NCBI GenBank assembly: GCA_027493945.1
Contig: JAOSJU010000003.1
Span: 22,078-86,077 of the forward strand
From: Burkholderiaceae bacterium
GTDB lineage: Bacteria > Pseudomonadota > Gammaproteobacteria > Burkholderiales > Burkholderiaceae_E
DNA: 64,000 nt
Reading direction: 5' to 3'
Part shown: positions 50,714 to 61,248 of the stretch, one piece after another
Layout of the letters: the number at the start of each line of letters is the position of its first letter
How positions within the stretch are numbered: the first letter of the stretch is position 1
Position numbers and translations under genes: made by a program
Notes under the pieces: generated by a model
What the model saw: only the letters and a program-made list of their open reading frames with translations
Databases searched by the model: none
Told to the model about the DNA's origin: nothing

Positions 50714-53479
50714 GTGGCGGCGCTCGCGCTCGCCGCGATCCTGGCGCTGATCGCGTGGCTCGCGCCGTCGCTGCTGCCGCGGCAGGCCGCGCTCGCCGCA
50801 GCCGCGCTGACCGCGATCGCCGCGGCGACCGGGCTATGCCCGGCGCTGCGAAGCGCGCTGCGCGCCACGTGCAGCTCGGACGCGTTGCTGCGCGACCTCG
50901 GCGAGCACCGCCGCGCCGCCGAGCAACTGGCCGCGCTCGGCTCCTGGGTGCACGACCTGCGCCGCAACACGCTGCAGTGGAGCGACGGCGCGTTTCGCCT
51001 GTTCGGCGTCGACCCGGCGGCCGGCGTGCCGGCGCCGGCCGCGTTCCTGTCGCACATTCACCCCGATGACCGGACTCGCTGGCAGGAAACGCACCGTCGC
51101 GCGGTGCGCGACGGCCGCGAGGCACGGGTGGAGTTCCGCTGGGTACGCCCGGGCGGCGAGCAAGCCTGGGTCCGCAGCGTCGCGCGTCCGGAACGCGACG
51201 CGCAGGGTCGCACGGTGCGCCTCGCCGGCATCGTGCAGGACATCACCGGCATGCGCGCGATGCAGCAGCAGCTCGCGGCCAGCGAAGCGAAGTTCCGCGA
51301 CCTCACGCACCTGAGCTCCGACTGGGTGTGGGAGACCGACGCGCACCACCGCGTGTCGTTCCTGTCGGATTCGCTCGACGCGGTGATCGGCCCGTGGCGG
51401 CGCGTGCTGATCGGGCGGCGGCGCTGGGCGGTGCCCGAGGCCGATTTCCTGCGTCCCGACTGGGACAGCCACCGCACGACCTGCGAGGCGCACAAGCCGT
51501 TCGAAAACTTCGAGTTCGGCCAGATCGATCCGCAGGGCAACGTGTACCACCTGTCGCTGAGCGGCCATCCGGTGTTCGACGAGACGGGTCGCTTCGCCGG
51601 CTACCGTGGCACCGGTCGCGACATCACGCGCGAGAAGCAGCAGCGGATGCTGCTCGAAATCGAGGGTGACATCGCCGGCATCATGCGCGAGCAGACCGAA
51701 CCGGCGCGCGTGATCACCGCGATCGTCATCACGCTGTGCGGCAAGCTCGGCTGGCTCGGCGGCGTTCACCTGGTGCGCACCGACCGCGGGCTGGCGGCGC
51801 GCGAACGCTGGGGCTATCCGGCGTTCACCCGAATGGTCTCCGACCTGCCCGGCGAATTCTCCCCCGGCGACGACAGCGTCGAGGGCAGGTGCTGGCGCGA
51901 GGGGCGCCATGCCCGGATCACCGACCTGCAGGCGCATCCGTCGTTCGTCACCCGCTATCGCACCGGCGCGCTGGGCGCGAAGGCGGCGTTCCTCGCGCCC
52001 ATCGGCGACGAGCAGGGACGCACGCTCGGCCTGCTGCTGTTCCTCGGCCCCGTTGCATTCCACGGCGAATCGTTCCTCGGACAGGCCGCCGAGACGCTGT
52101 CGCGCACGCTGTCGCTGTACCTGCAGCGAAAGGCGGCCGAGCGGCGCTTGCTGCTCGCCTCGATGCACGACGCGCTCACCGGGCTGCCCAACCGCGCGTT
52201 CCTGCTGCAGCAGCTCGAATCGCGCCTGAAGTCGGGCGAGCGCGCGGCGCTGCTCTACCTCGACCTCGACCGCTACAAGCTGATCAACGACACGCTGGGG
52301 CACGCTGCCGGCGACCAGGCGCTGATCGAGGTCGCGCGCCGGCTGCGCGCCGCGCTGGGCACCGACGACGTCGCCGGCCGCATGGGCGGCGACGAGTTCG
52401 TCGCGCTGCTGGTGCGCCCGGGCACGCGCGAGGAGATCGAGCGCATCGCGCGGCGCGCGCTCGCGGCGATCGAGAAACCGCTGGTGCTGGCCAACAAGGC
52501 CTACTTCCTGTCGGCGAGCATCGGCGTGGCGCTGGCGCCCGACGACGCCCAGGAGGCCGAGACGCTGATCCGCTGCGCCGACAGCGCGATGTATCAGGTG
52601 AAATCCGAGGGCCGCGGCGACGTGCGCTTCTTCGCGGGCGGCCTCTCCGACGAGCGCGCCGAGCGGCTGCAGCTGGCCGCCGAACTGCCCAGCGCAATTC
52701 ATCGCGGCGAGGTCGACCTCTACTACCAGCCGGTGATGAACATCGACGAGCGCACGGTGATCGGCTACGAGGGGCTGCTGCGCTGGCGCCATCCGACCCG
52801 CGGCCTGCTGTTGCCCGACCGCTTCCTGCCGGCTGCCGAAGAGAGCAACCTGATTCGCGAGATCGGCCTGTGGGCGATCCGGCGCGCGCTCGACGATCGC
52901 GTGCGCCTGGGCATCGAGGCCTGGCCCGACCTGGCGGTCTCGGTGAACGTCTCGGCGCGCCAGCTCTCCGAGGAGGGCTTCCTCGCCACGCTGGCCGAGC
53001 TGATGCAGGAGCGCGACTTCCCGGCGCGGCTGCTGCAGCTCGAGCTCACCGAGAGCGCGTTCATCGAGAACCCCGAGCGCACCATTGCGCTGATCGGCGA
53101 GCTGCGCCGGCTGGGCGTGCGCGTGTTCATCGACAACTTCGGTACCGGCTACGCGTCGCTGTCGTACCTGAAGAACCTGCCGGTCGACGGCATCAAGATC
53201 GACCACACCTTCGTGCAGGACCTGCCGGCCGACCGCGGCAACGCCGCGATCGTGCAGGCGATCACGACGATGGCCTCCAAGCTGGGGCTGCAGGCGATGG
53301 CCGAGGGCGTGGAGACCGCGGCCGAGCTGCGCGGCTTGCGCTCGCTCGACTGCCACCAGGTGCAGGGCTCGCTGATCGCCGAGCCGCTGCCGTTCGAGCA
53401 GCTGAAGGACTTTCTCGAAGCACTGCCGACGCTGCGCCGCATGCATCTGGTGCACGACACGCGCAACAGCGCGGCGTAG
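50714..53479 (+). CDS. PAS-PAS-GAF-GGDEF-EAL c-di-GMP enzyme
   Basis: PAS/PAC x2, HDALTGLPNR, GGDEF, YEGLLRW, ELTES, DNFGTGY, AEGVET. Start uncertain (ORF open from 50450). Confidence 0.9.
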   Translation: MAALALAAILALIAWLAPSLLPRQAALAAAALTAIAAATGLCPALRSALRATCSSDALLRDLGEHRRAAEQLAALGSWVHDLRRNTLQWSDGAFRLFGVDPAAGVPAPAAFLSHIHPDDRTRWQETHRRAVRDGREARVEFRWVRPGGEQAWVRSVARPERDAQGRTVRLAGIVQDITGMRAMQQQLAASEAKFRDLTHLSSDWVWETDAHHRVSFLSDSLDAVIGPWRRVLIGRRRWAVPEADFLRPDWDSHRTTCEAHKPFENFEFGQIDPQGNVYHLSLSGHPVFDETGRFAGYRGTGRDITREKQQRMLLEIEGDIAGIMREQTEPARVITAIVITLCGKLGWLGGVHLVRTDRGLAARERWGYPAFTRMVSDLPGEFSPGDDSVEGRCWREGRHARITDLQAHPSFVTRYRTGALGAKAAFLAPIGDEQGRTLGLLLFLGPVAFHGESFLGQAAETLSRTLSLYLQRKAAERRLLLASMHDALTGLPNRAFLLQQLESRLKSGERAALLYLDLDRYKLINDTLGHAAGDQALIEVARRLRAALGTDDVAGRMGGDEFVALLVRPGTREEIERIARRALAAIEKPLVLANKAYFLSASIGVALAPDDAQEAETLIRCADSAMYQVKSEGRGDVRFFAGGLSDERAERLQLAAELPSAIHRGEVDLYYQPVMNIDERTVIGYEGLLRWRHPTRGLLLPDRFLPAAEESNLIREIGLWAIRRALDDRVRLGIEAWPDLAVSVNVSARQLSEEGFLATLAELMQERDFPARLLQLELTESAFIENPERTIALIGELRRLGVRVFIDNFGTGYASLSYLKNLPVDGIKIDHTFVQDLPADRGNAAIVQAITTMASKLGLQAMAEGVETAAELRGLRSLDCHQVQGSLIAEPLPFEQLKDFLEALPTLRRMHLVHDTRNSAA

Positions 53480-53518
53480 GCTGGCGGGGGCGCCGTCGCC
53501 GGCCGCAGCCGGGCAGCC

Positions 53519-54721
53519 TCAGTCGAAGTCGAGCCCCATCGCCTCGCGCACTTCGCGCATCGTCTCCTGCGCGATCTTGCGCGCCTGCTCGCATCCGTCG
53601 GCCACGATGTTGCGCAACAGGCTCGGGTCGTCGAGATAGGGTTGTGCCCGCTCGCGAAACACCTGCTGCTCGGCGAGGATCGCGTCGATCACCGGCTGCT
53701 TGCATTCGAGGCAGCCGATGCTCGCGCTGCGGCAGCCCACCTGCACCCATTCGCGCGTCGCCTCGTCGGAATAGACGAGGTGCAGCTGCCACACCGGGCA
53801 GCGCTCGGGCTCGCCCGGATCGGTGCGCCGCACGCGCGCCGGATCGGTGGGCATGGTGCGGATCTTCCTGCGCACCGACTCGGGGTCTTCGCGCATCGCG
53901 ATCGAGTTGCCGTAGCTCTTGGACATCTTCTGCCCGTCGATGCCGGGCATTCTCGACGCCTCGGTGAGCAGCGCCTGCGGCTCGGCCAGGATGATCCTGC
54001 GGCTGCCTTCGAGGTAGCCGAACAGCCGCTCGCGATCGCCCATGCTCAGGTTCTGCGCCAACTCGAGCAGTTCGCGCCCCTGCTGCAGCGCGGTGTCGTC
54101 GCCCTGCTCCTGGTAGCGGGTGCGCATCTGCTGGTACAGCTTCGCGCGCTTGCTGCCCAGCTTCTTCACCGCCTCGCGCGCCTTGTCCTCGAAGCCCGGC
54201 TCACGACCGAACAGGTGGTTGAAGCGGCGCGCGATCTCGCGCGTGAACTCGACGTGCGGCACCTGGTCTTCGCCCACCGGCACCCAGGCGGCGCGGTACA
54301 TGAGGATGTCGGCCGCCTGCAGCAGCGGGTAGCCGAGGAAGCCGTAGGTGGACAGGTCGCGCTCGGACAGCTTCTCCTGCTGGTCTTTATAGGTGGGCAC
54401 GCGCTCGAGCCAGCCCAGCGGCGTGATCATCGACAGCAGCAGGTGCAGCTCGGCGTGCTCGGGCACGCGCGACTGGATGAACAGCACCGACTGCTGCGGA
54501 TCGATGCCCGCGGCCAGCCAGTCGATCACCATCTCCCAGACGTTGTCGCCGATCACGTCCGGCGAATCGTAGTGGGTGGTGAGCGCGTGCCAGTCGGCCA
54601 CGAAGAACAGGCAGGGGTGCTCGGACTGCAGCCGCACCCAGTTCTTCAGTGCGCCGTGGAAGTGACCCAGGTGCAGCGCGCCGGTCGGGCGCATGCCGGA
54701 TACGACTCGTTCGGTGAACAT
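53519..54721 (-). CDS. trpS: Tryptophanyl-tRNA synthetase
   Basis: SGMRPTG, HLGH, PVGEDQ, KMSKS. Confidence 0.96.
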   Translation of the reverse strand: MFTERVVSGMRPTGALHLGHFHGALKNWVRLQSEHPCLFFVADWHALTTHYDSPDVIGDNVWEMVIDWLAAGIDPQQSVLFIQSRVPEHAELHLLLSMITPLGWLERVPTYKDQQEKLSERDLSTYGFLGYPLLQAADILMYRAAWVPVGEDQVPHVEFTREIARRFNHLFGREPGFEDKAREAVKKLGSKRAKLYQQMRTRYQEQGDDTALQQGRELLELAQNLSMGDRERLFGYLEGSRRIILAEPQALLTEASRMPGIDGQKMSKSYGNSIAMREDPESVRRKIRTMPTDPARVRRTDPGEPERCPVWQLHLVYSDEATREWVQVGCRSASIGCLECKQPVIDAILAEQQVFRERAQPYLDDPSLLRNIVADGCEQARKIAQETMREVREAMGLDFD

Positions 54722-54731
54722 GGTCGGTCGT

Positions 54732-55391
54732 TCAGTCGGACAGCGAAAAGAGCGCCGCGATCACGCCGACCCCGATGTCGATCAGCGGCGCGACGACGAA
54801 GCCCAGCACGCCGGTGGCCAGCAGCGCGAGCAGGATGAACAGCCCGAAGGGCTCGAGCCGCGAGAACGCCGCGGCAAGCCGCGCCGGCAGCAGGCTGGTG
54901 AGGATGCGCCCTCCGTCGAGCGGCGGTACCGGCACCAGGTTGAGCACCGCCAGTGCCAGATTGACCAAGATGCCTGCGATCGCCATGCGCGGCAAGAACT
55001 CGCCGTCGCTGCCCAGGACGCTCATCAGCTTGAGCGCGAAGCCCCAGCCGAGCGCCATCGCGAGATTGGCCAGCGGCCCGGCGGCGGCGACCATGCCCAT
55101 GTCGCGGCGTGGCGAGCGCAGGTTCGAGGGCACGATCGGCACCGGCCTGGCCCAGCCGAAAAGTATTGCCCCGCCCGCCGCCTTGCTCGCGAGCAGGATC
55201 AGCGCCGGCACCAGCAGCGTGCCGATCGGGTCGATGTGGCGCAGCGGATTCAGGCTGACGCGGCCCTGCAATTGCGCGGTACGGTCGCCAAGGCGCGCGG
55301 CGACGAAGCCATGCGCGGCCTCGTGCAGCGTGATCGCGAAAATCACCGGGATTGCATAGACCGCGATCAGCTGCGGAAGGCTCAGATCCAT
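54732..55391 (-). CDS. Site-2 protease (M50) family protein
   Basis: HEAAH, AGP, NLVPVPPLDGG. Confidence 0.92.
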   Translation of the reverse strand: MDLSLPQLIAVYAIPVIFAITLHEAAHGFVAARLGDRTAQLQGRVSLNPLRHIDPIGTLLVPALILLASKAAGGAILFGWARPVPIVPSNLRSPRRDMGMVAAAGPLANLAMALGWGFALKLMSVLGSDGEFLPRMAIAGILVNLALAVLNLVPVPPLDGGRILTSLLPARLAAAFSRLEPFGLFILLALLATGVLGFVVAPLIDIGVGVIAALFSLSD

Positions 55392-55446
55392 GTCGAAGAT
55401 TGTAGCAGCCGGCCCCGGCGCGGCCCGGGCACACGCGCCGGCGCGT

Positions 55447-56106
55447 TCAGAAGCGCACCCGCAGCACCGAACTCTCCGCGCCGCGCGCGACCATGCCTTC
55501 GATGCTGCCGCAGCCCATGCGCACCACCAGAGGTTCCGGGCCGGTAAGGTCGATGACCGTCGTGGGCACGAAGCCCTGCCCGCCCGCGTCGATCACCAGC
55601 TCGATGCGGCGCGACAGGCGCTCGACGATCGTGTCGGCATCGGTGATCGGGTCGTCCTCGCCGGGAAGGATGAGGCTCGAGCACAGCACCGGCTCGCCGT
55701 GCGCTTCGAGCAGGCCCTGGGCGACCGCCGCGTCGGGCACGCGCAGCCCGATCGTTCGCCGCGACGGGTTCCACAGGCGCCGCGGCACTTCCTTCGTCGC
55801 GTCGAGCACGAAGGTGTACGGGCCGGGGGCCCATTCCTTCAGGAAACGGTATTGACGGCTGTCGACCATCGCGTAGGTCGACAGCTCGGACAGGTCACGG
55901 CACATCAGCGTGAGCAGGTGCCGTTCGTCGAGTCCGCGGATCGCGCGCAGCCGGTCGACCGCGCTCTTGTCGCCCAGCCGGCAGGCGAGCACGTAACAGG
56001 CGTCGGTGGGCAGCGCCACCAGCCCGCCGGCGCCCAGCACGTCGGCGGCCTGCCGCAGCAGCCGCGCCTGCGGGTTCTTCGGATGCAGCGTGAAGCGCTG
56101 CGTCAT
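55447..56106 (-). CDS. Sua5/YciO/YrdC family protein (YciO-like)
   Basis: HPKNPQARL, PTDACY, PGPYTF, TIGLRVP, PTTVIDL. Confidence 0.9.
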   Translation of the reverse strand: MTQRFTLHPKNPQARLLRQAADVLGAGGLVALPTDACYVLACRLGDKSAVDRLRAIRGLDERHLLTLMCRDLSELSTYAMVDSRQYRFLKEWAPGPYTFVLDATKEVPRRLWNPSRRTIGLRVPDAAVAQGLLEAHGEPVLCSSLILPGEDDPITDADTIVERLSRRIELVIDAGGQGFVPTTVIDLTGPEPLVVRMGCGSIEGMVARGAESSVLRVRF

Positions 56107-57020
56107 GCGCGTGCCACCGCGTCGGCGCGCGCGGCCCGCGCGCGCGAGGCCGCCAGCGCGGCCTCGGGCCAGTCGAGCCACACCGGCACCAGCGTATCGG
56201 GCAACGGCGGCAGGCTGCCCAGCTCGGCGCGGCTCTCGTCGGGCGCGTGAAAATCGGAGCCGCGCGAGGCGCGCAGGCCGAATTCGCGCGCGACCTGCGC
56301 GAAGCGGCGGTACTGGTCGCGCGTGTGCGAGCCGCTGACGACTTCGATGCCTTCGCCGCCGGCGTCGCGAAATGCCGCGACCAGCGCCCACAACGCGGTC
56401 TCGTCGAGCCGGTAGCGGCCCGGATGCGCGAGCACCGCGACGCCGCCGGCGCTGCGGATCCAGCCCACCGCGTCGGCGAGGCTCGCCCAGCGGTGCGCGA
56501 CGAAGCCCGGCTTGCCCTCGGACAGGTAGTGCCGGAAGACTTCGGCGACGTCGCGGCACACGCCCAGTTCGACGATGTAGCGCGCGAAATGCGTGCGCCC
56601 CACCATCGCCGGGTTGCCGACGAAGCGCAGCGCGCCATCGTAGGCGCCGGCGATGCCGGCGCGCGCGAGGTCCTCGCCCATCTCGCGCGCGCGGGCGTCG
56701 CGGCCGCCGCGCGTGCGCGCCAGCCCTTCGCGCAGCGGCCGATGCCCGGGATCGATGCGCAGCCCGACCACGTGGATCGTTTCGCCGCCCCAGCTGACCG
56801 AGATCTCCACGCCCGGCACGAAGGCGAGCCCGAGCGCGGCTGCAGCTGTGCCCGCCTCCGCGAGCCCGTCGACCTCGTCGTGGTCGGTGAGCGCGAACAG
56901 CTGCACGCCGTGCGCGTGCGCACGCCGCGCGACCTCGGCCGGCGCGAGCACGCCGTCGGAGACGCGCGAATGCGCGTGCAGGTCGGCGTTGAGCCGCAGG
57001 GGGTCGCCAGGCAGCGTCAT
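56103..57020 (-). CDS. PHP-domain phosphoesterase (TrpH/YciV-like)
   Basis: DLHAHS, TDHD, GVEIS, GRTHFA, AHPGRY, GSDFH. Confidence 0.9.
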   Translation of the reverse strand: MTLPGDPLRLNADLHAHSRVSDGVLAPAEVARRAHAHGVQLFALTDHDEVDGLAEAGTAAAALGLAFVPGVEISVSWGGETIHVVGLRIDPGHRPLREGLARTRGGRDARAREMGEDLARAGIAGAYDGALRFVGNPAMVGRTHFARYIVELGVCRDVAEVFRHYLSEGKPGFVAHRWASLADAVGWIRSAGGVAVLAHPGRYRLDETALWALVAAFRDAGGEGIEVVSGSHTRDQYRRFAQVAREFGLRASRGSDFHAPDESRAELGSLPPLPDTLVPVWLDWPEAALAASRARAARADAVARA

Positions 57021-57988
57021 GGAGCAGGCGCCCCAGCGAGGTGCTCGACGACGAGGCGCGCGACTTCGTCCGGGCGGTCGTGATGCAGCATGTGCCCCGC
57101 GCCGGCGACCGTCGCCTCGCGCAGCGAGCGGATCGCGCGAAGCCGGCGCCGGTACTCGGCTCCGTGGACGAAGGACATCGCCTCGCTGGTGTGCTCGGCC
57201 AGTACCCACAGCACCGGCGCGGTGATCGCCCGCCAGCAGGCCACCACCTCCGGCACGCGGTACAGGATCGGCGAGGAGGTCCGGTGAGCCGGATCGGCGA
57301 GCAGCTCGAAGCGCCCGGCGGCGGTCTCGCGCGCCCAGTGCGGCGCCAGGAATCCGGCGAATTCGGGGCGCAGGCGCGGATTGCCGCGCATCAGCCGCGC
57401 GGCAACCTCGTCGCGCGAGGCATAGTCGCGCAGCGCAGCGCCGTCGCGCAGTTCGTCGAGCCAGCGCGCATAGCGAGCCGGCGCTTGCGCCGGGCGCGTT
57501 GCCTTCAGGCCCACGCCTTCGAGGTTCACCACCCGACGCACCCGCTGCGGCCGCACCCCGGCATAGAGCGCCGCGACGTTGCCGCCCATGCTGTGGCCGA
57601 CGAGGTCGACCGCCTGCGCGGGTGCGAGCGCGTCGAGCAGCGCGTCGAGGTCGCCGAGGTAATCGGGGAACCAGTAAGCGTCGCCGCCGCTGCGGTCGGT
57701 GAGCCCGAAGCCGCGCCAGTCGGGGGCGATCAGTCGCCAGTGGTCGGGCAGCAGGTCGACCACGAACTGGAACGACGCGGACACGTCCATCCAGCCATGC
57801 AGCAGGAACACGGTTGGCGCCTGGGGCGCCTGCTTGCGCTGCGGCTCCCAGCAACGCAGGTGATGGCGCAACCCTCGCGCCTCGACGAACAGCGAGCGGC
57901 TCGCGCGCCGCGGCCGGTAGGCCCGGGTGCCCGCGCGCGGCGCGCGCGCCGGCCGCCGCGACGCGGCACCGGAGCTGGACGACAACAC
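57017..57988 (-). CDS. Alpha/beta-fold hydrolase
   Basis: LHGWMD, DWRGFG, GHSMGG, GHMLHHD. Start uncertain. Confidence 0.87.
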   Translation of the reverse strand: MLSSSSGAASRRPARAPRAGTRAYRPRRASRSLFVEARGLRHHLRCWEPQRKQAPQAPTVFLLHGWMDVSASFQFVVDLLPDHWRLIAPDWRGFGLTDRSGGDAYWFPDYLGDLDALLDALAPAQAVDLVGHSMGGNVAALYAGVRPQRVRRVVNLEGVGLKATRPAQAPARYARWLDELRDGAALRDYASRDEVAARLMRGNPRLRPEFAGFLAPHWARETAAGRFELLADPAHRTSSPILYRVPEVVACWRAITAPVLWVLAEHTSEAMSFVHGAEYRRRLRAIRSLREATVAGAGHMLHHDRPDEVARLVVEHLAGAPAP

Positions 57989-58047
57989 AGTGGAAGCGGG
58001 CACAATACGGGTTCCTGCCGACATTATAGAAACCCCGGGGGGCCTCG

Positions 58048-59708
58048 ATGAGGATTGCCGCACGCGACGACTACGACGAGCTGCACGGCACCTTCCGCTG
58101 GCTCGTTCCCGAGCGCTTCAACATCGCCGAGGCCTGCTGCACGCGCTGGGCGGGCAACGCGCGACGCACCGCGATCGTCGTCGACCACGGCGATGGCCAC
58201 ATCGAGCGCGTGGCTTATCGCCGGCTGCACGACGAAGCGAACCGCCTCGCCAATGCGCTCGCGGCGCTCGGCGTGCGCCGCGGCGACCGCATCGCGGTCG
58301 TACTGCCGCAGCGCCCCGAGACCGCGGTCGCCCACATGGCGATCTACCGCCTCGGCGCGGTGGCGATGCCGCTGTCGATCCTGTTCGGCCCCGACGCGCT
58401 GCGCTTCCGTCTCGACGACAGCGCAACCGTCGTCGCGATCGTCGACGCCGAGTACGTCGACAACCTTCGCGCCGCGCTCGGCGAATCGGTGCGGCACGTG
58501 GTGGTGGTGCCTGCCCCGGGCGAGCGCCCCGCGCTGCGGGCGGGCGAGCACGACTACGTCGAACTGCTCTCTCGCGCGCGCGACCGCTTCGTCACGGCCG
58601 ACACGCTGGCCGCCGACCCGGCGGTGCTGATCTACACCAGCGGCACCACCGGCCCGCCCAAGGGCGCGCTGATCCCGCATCGCGCGCTGATCGGCAACCT
58701 CAGCGGCTTCGTCGCGTCGCAGAACTGGTTCCCGCGCCCGCGCGACGTCTTCTGGTCGCCGGCCGACTGGGCCTGGACCGGCGGGCTGATGGACGCGCTG
58801 CTTCCTTCGCTGTACTTCGGGTACCCGATCGTCGCGCAGCGCGGCCGCTTCTCGCCCGAGCGCGCATTCGAGCTGCTTTCGAGCGGCATCGGGTCACCAA
58901 CACTTTCCTGTTTCCCACCGCGCTCAAGATGATGATGAAGCACGCGCCCGAGCCGCGCTCGCGCCATCGGCTCGCGCTGCGCGCGATCATGAGCGCGGGC
59001 GAGGCGGTAGGCGAAACGCTGTTCGACTGGTGCCGCGACGCGCTCGACGTCACCGTCAACGAGATGTTCGGGCAGACCGAGGTCAACTACGTGGTCGGCA
59101 ACTCGGCGCGGCGCTGGCCCGCACGCCCCGGGTCGATCGGCCGCGCGTACCCGGGCCACCGCGTCGCGATCCTCGACGACGACGGACGCGAACTGCCGCC
59201 GGGACAGCTCGGCGAGATCGCGGTCAACCGCTTCGACCGGCACGGTCATCCCGATCCGGTGTTCTTCCTCGGCTACTGGGGCAACGACGCGGCCACGCGC
59301 GCGAAGTTCAGCGGCGACTGGTGCCGCACCGGCGACCTCGCCACCGCCGATCCCGACGGCTACCTCTGGTACGGCGGGCGTGCCGACGACATGTTCAAGG
59401 CCGCGGGCTACCGGATCGGCCCGAGCGAGATCGAGAGCTGCCTGGTGCGCCATCCGGCCGTGGCCAACGCGGCGGTGGTGCCCAAGCCCGACGCCGAGCG
59501 CGGCAACCTGGTCAAGGCCTTCGTGGTGCTCGCGCCGGGCCACGTCGCGTCGCCGGCGCTGGTCGATCAGTTGCAGCAGCACGTGCGCGGCAAGCTCGCG
59601 CCGTACGAATACCCGAAGGAGATCGAGTTCATCGCCGAGCTGCCGATGACCACCACCGGCAAGGTGCAACGGCGCGTGCTGCGCGAGCGCGAGCAGGCGG
59701 GGGGCTGA
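58048..59708 (+). CDS. Acyl-CoA synthetase (AMP-forming), frameshift near 58878
   Basis: YTSGTTGPPKG, DWAW, FGQTE, TGD, GRADD, TTTGK. Confidence 0.88.
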
Positions 59709-59796
59709 GCGGCACGCCGATCGCTTAAACTGCAGCCTTCCGGCGCCGCCCCGCAGCGACGCGCCGCCCCCTTCCCCGACACAGGAACCTCGTTTC

Positions 59797-60327
59797 ATGG
59801 CGATTTACCGTCTCGGCGATCGCGTGCCGCGCATCGACCCGACCGCCTGGGTCGCCGAGTCGGCCGACCTGATCGGCCTGGTCGAACTGGCCGCCGAGTC
59901 GAGCGTCTGGTTCCACTGCACGCTGCGCGGCGACAACGAGCCGATCCGCGTGGGCGCGCGCAGCAACGTCCAGGACAACTGCGTGCTGCACACCGACCCC
60001 GGCTACGCGCTGGTGATCGGCGAGGACGTCACCGTCGGCCACCAGGCGATGCTGCACGGCTGCACGATCGGCGACGGAGCGCTGATCGGCATTCAGGCGA
60101 TCGTGCTGAACGGCGCGCGCATCGGCCGCGACTGCCTGATCGGCGCCGGCGCGCTGGTTGCCGAAGGCAAGGTCATCCCCGAGCGCAGTCTCGTGCTGGG
60201 CTCGCCGGGCCGCGTAGTGCGCGAGCTCACCGACACCCAGGTGGCCGACCTGCGGGCGGGCGCCGGGCGCTACGTTCAGCGCGCGCGCCAGTTCCGCGAC
60301 GCGCTCGTCGGCCTGCCGCGCGCATGA
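59797..60327 (+). CDS. Gamma carbonic anhydrase family protein
   Basis: LRGD, SNVQDNCVLH, VGHQAMLHGC hexapeptide repeats. Confidence 0.9.
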   Translation: MAIYRLGDRVPRIDPTAWVAESADLIGLVELAAESSVWFHCTLRGDNEPIRVGARSNVQDNCVLHTDPGYALVIGEDVTVGHQAMLHGCTIGDGALIGIQAIVLNGARIGRDCLIGAGALVAEGKVIPERSLVLGSPGRVVRELTDTQVADLRAGAGRYVQRARQFRDALVGLPRA

Positions 60328-61248
60328 TGATCCCCGGGCTGTCCGGCGACGGCGTGCTGCGCTTCTGGTGCGCGGCGCCGCGGTGCGCGGCGAAGTGGTC
60401 GTGCTCGACCGCGCCTGGCGCGAGGTGATCGCGCGCCACGCGCTGCCCGGGCCGGTGCGCGACCGGCTCGGCGAGCTGTCCGCGGCCGCGGCGCTGCTCG
60501 GCGCGACGCTGAAGTTCGACGGTTCGCTGGTGCTGCAGATCCACGGCGACGGCCCGGTAGCGCTGTTCGTGGTCGAGTACCGTTCCGACGGCGGCTATCG
60601 CGCCACCGCGAAGCTGCGCGAAGGCGCGTCGATTCCCGAGGGCGCGCCGCTGCCGGCGCTGGTCGACGCCGAGGGTCGCGGCCGCTTCGTGGTCACGCTC
60701 GATCCGCGCGAGAGCGCGCCCGACAAGCCCACGTGGCAGGGCATCGTGCCCTTCGAGGGTGCCACCGTCGCGGGCGTGCTCGAACGCTACATGCAGCGCT
60801 CCGAGCAGGTGCCGACGCGGCTGTGGCTGGCCGCCGACGGCGAGCGCGCGGTCGGGCTGCTGCTGCAGCGCCTGCCCGACGAGGGAGGCCAGCCGGAGCC
60901 CGACACCGACGGCTGGAACCGCATGCAGCAGCTTGCCGACACCGTCGCCCCCGAAGAGTTGCTGACGCTGCCCCCGACGAGCTGCTGCGGCGGCTGTTCT
61001 GGCAGGAGTCGCTGCATGCGTTCGACCATCGGCCATGCCGCTTCGCGTGCCGCTGCACCCGCGACAAGGTGGGCGACATGCTGCGGATGCTGGGCAGCGA
61101 CGAGGTCGAGGCGATCCTCGCCGAGCGCGGCGAAATCGAGGTGCGCTGCGAGTTCTGCAACCAGGCCTATCGCTTCGACCTGGTCGACAGCGTCGCGCTG
61201 TTCCACGCTGTGACGCCTTCGCCGGAAGGCGCTCCGACGCGGCACTGA
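60324..61248 (+). CDS. hslO: Hsp33 redox-regulated chaperone (frameshifts near 60365 and 60975)
   Basis: VRGEVV, LKFDGSLVLQ, WQGIV, SEQVPT, CRC...CEFC zinc motif. Confidence 0.9.
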
